From: Antedon mediterranea
Taxonomy: Eukaryota; Animalia; Echinodermata
Assembly: GCF_964355755.1 (NCBI RefSeq)
Contig: NC_092679.1
Location: 12,817,432 to 12,881,431 of the forward strand
Reading direction: 5' to 3'
Length of the DNA: 64,000 nt
Position 1 is the stretch's first letter; every line of letters starts with the position of its first letter. Both the position numbers and the translations under genes were made by a program. Positions 61,201 through 64,000 of the stretch are shown here, piece by piece. The notes beneath the pieces were generated by a model. The model was not told the origin of the DNA. It worked only from the letters and a program-made list of their open reading frames with translations, and ran no database searches.

Positions 61201-61443
61201 TCACTGGCAGATCATAACAATCACCAGTTTTCAACCTTTGACCAAGATCATGATATAGCAGCCTCATCATGTTCTGTGTCATACAAGGGAGCTTGGTGGT
61301 ATGGTGCCTGTCACCGTTCAAATCTGAATGGATTGTACTTGGGTGGTACAACTGATCAGTTTGCAACAGGTGTGGTGTGGAAAAATTGGAAAGATTACTA
61401 CTATTCCTTGAAAACTAGCGAGATGAAAATACGTAGAATTTAA
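58242..61443 (+). CDS. FReD gene C: secreted fibrinogen-related-domain protein, 260 aa; exons 58242-58377, 59476-59612, 59815-60076, 61196-61443
   Basis: signal peptide MLGRCFLLSLLVTLALS; same intron positions and phases as gene A; open frame through FSTFDQDHD, GAWWYGACHRSNLNG, EMKIRRI*. Confidence 0.9.
58374..58599 (+). repeat. 113-bp perfect tandem duplication including the exon-1 splice donor of gene C
   Basis: AAGGGTATGGCATTC...TTTAATT at 58374 and 58487. Confidence 0.92.
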
Positions 61444-61770
61444 TGGTAGCATGATATAGTGAAGTTGACAACTTGAGTTAAACTCAGAGTATAATAATTA
61501 ATTTGAAAATTAATCAAATTCAAAGACACCAAGCTTTTAAAAATGTATGTAAAATTAAATACACTTAATGTGAAAAATAAGTTGATTCTAATAATTCAAG
61601 CAAGATGCTATAAATACTAGCATTTATTCAAGGTTTTTATTCAATAAAACGAAAATTTACATTGTAGCCAAAGGCTAAATTTTGTACAATTTTACAAAAT
61701 ATTGCCCATATAAAAAAGTTATCACATAAAAAGAACGTCTTATATTAAAATGAATTAGATAAAGTACATA

Positions 61771-62573
61771 CCGTATATTTCGGTGTATAAGTCGCACCTG
61801 TGTATAAGACGCACCCCCTAACTGAGAGTAAAATATCGGTATTTTTTATATCGTCGGTGTATAAGACGCACCTTATATTTCATCAAAACAATGTTTTTTT
61901 AAATTGTAATCAATATTATTGTAATAATATATTTTGTTATATCTGCAACGGCGTCCTTTATTTAGGTTTTTTCTTACCTAGGCTCGGCCGCGCCCAGCCT
62001 CAACAGCCGCAACATCGAGTGCATGACCATGTGTGTAACACGTATATGTGGGCTAGCCTCGCTCGATCATTTCGAGAGGGCGGACGTTTTCACGGACAAT
62101 CGTATTCGATTAGTATCTATGTATCCCAGAAGTGTGTACGCTAGGTCCATGCTATAATCACCTGGAGAATATACTAGTCGAATACCGTACATGTGGCCGC
62201 CAAGAAGGGCTTGCGCTAGGAGTACGGCGATTGTGCGTATAACTACTGTATAAATAAATACTATTCCATCGTACGTAAACGTTTACAAATGAAATTTTAT
62301 CGCCATAATGAACAAATCTTTTCATCATATTTTTAGTATAACATCATGCTAAAATGCCTTGAAAACTAGGCAGAAGCAGGTTGCCGTTACGTTAGTTAGT
62401 TAGTTACTTTAGCTAGGCCTAGCCTACTCAGGCCTAGCAAACGAGGTGACGATAGCCTAGGCCTATGTACAATCTGTGTGGTGAGGCATTTATGTTCGGT
62501 GTATAAGACGCACCCTTAATTTAGAGGTCAAATTTGCGTGTCAAAAGTGCGACTTATACACCGAAATATACGG
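61771..62573. mobile_element. Tc1/mariner (pogo/Tigger-like) MITE, TA TSD
   Basis: 27-bp perfect TIR CCGTATATTTCGGTGTATAAGTCGCAC, TA on both sides, internal GTGTATAAGACGCAC repeats. Confidence 0.88.
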
Positions 62574-64000
62574 TAATATGAAAATGAAAAAAACATTGAA
62601 AAATCAAAGAAATTGTTAAAATAAATAAAATAATAAATAAAATAATAAAATATCTATATTAAAACTTATGTATTATTTGTTTATTATTTCACATTGGTTG
62701 ATGATGGCAACGTTGTCTAAATGTAATTATTCTTTATTATTCAACAGGTTAATTAGGTATGGCAAAGGGCTATTTTTATATCATTTAGTTTTACATTTTA
62801 TTTGTTGATATGGGTTGGTCTTTCTTAAGTTGTACGGTTTATTTCTAGGCTGTAGCCATGATTGAAAATATGCTGACTTATTATCCACAGATTGATATTT
62901 TCATTTTTTTCTGTGATGCAATATATCGTGAAGGGAAAATATAGAAGAACAGTATTTCCCCGATTTTTAACAGATCCTGTAAAAAAAAGCACAATTCAGG
63001 TACAAGAAAACGCCAGGCTAGGTCTACAGCTAGCACACAATGTTCATGCGTTACTGACATAAGCCCTGTCTACTAGGTCATTCAACACAAGCTATTAGGT
63101 AATACTAGCAGGGAACTTTATCTGCCTTACTATGTGGTTATAAACTTCACATGGGAGGAATAAGTATAATAATAGTGAACACTGATAAAAGTACTCTGAA
63201 AATTTGTCGAAATAAAAAAAATTGTATCAAGAATCAAATTTGGAACTGTTTACGGACATTGATTTTTTTTTTTACACTATTCCTTAACGTTGAAATATCT
63301 GTAATCTAAAAAATGAAAGCAATACTGGATATGGAACTTTAAACTTTACTTTGACTGTTCAGACTGTACAAAAATAGAAGACGCTGAAGAAATATTGTGT
63401 TGTGTGAATTATTCTATGGTGCGCATCAAAAAGTGACAACGTGCATGTTCATAAAAGGGACATGTTGAACTCTGCCAATCAGTCAGCAGTTAAAAAATTT
63501 CAATGATAAAATTTAAAAAAAATGGTAATTTATAGTGAGATGTATTGAATGGATACTGCTGCTTTGGACTTAAAATCAACACAAAAAAATGCACATGGTG
63601 GTAGTTAGTTGACATTAGATACGCGCAGCAGCAGACATTAACGAAAGTAAAATACCAAACTTATTTTGGGTGTTTTTCGTTTATTGTGTATTATTAGATA
63701 GCTATAGATAAAATAAAAAAGTGGACATAAATCGAATCAGAATACTAATACTTATCATTTACACATTTTGCAGATTCAAACTTGAACTTACTAAGCATTA
63801 CTATCAATGGCCACAGTGTTTTACTCACTGAGCTAGCCATGATTTACAAAATTCATTCTGTTTAAAGGATAGGTGTAGCTAATTAAAACGTACACGACGC
63901 GATCAGTTGATATGGTTGGTCGGCAGCCGAGACTAAATACCGTTTAAATTTTGTGGCTTGCCGAAGGATTTGTAGATCCGGCCATGGCGGTACACAACAG

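Overview
AT-rich, intron-containing animal (marine invertebrate-like; an echinoderm host is a guess) genomic DNA, not prokaryotic: no rRNA, tRNA or CRISPR. Bases 1-30 kb are a nested transposon graveyard. It holds the 3' part of a decayed Ty3/Gypsy element and a full-length decayed LTR element with CG...CG termini and a 3-bp TSD (Troyka-type). It also holds Mutator-like MITEs, an internally deleted AcademX-type element (XPG nuclease + Cys-rich tail) that carries an inverted pair of minimal Penelope-type hammerhead ribozymes, and a ~3.9-kb local duplication. Bases 34.9-61.4 kb hold a tandem array of three 4-exon secreted fibrinogen-related-domain (FReD; ficolin/tachylectin-like) genes: two intact (276 and 260 aa) and one pseudogene. 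The paralogs are exon-by-exon mosaics, and two carry a kappaB-consensus site next to the TATA-like box. Introns and spacers contain Rex1/Babar LINE, BEL/Pao, hAT, EnSpm-like (with a spliced BEN-domain relic), AcademH-like, Harbinger-, Kolobok- and pogo-like non-autonomous elements. All calls are from motif reading by eye; no database search was run.
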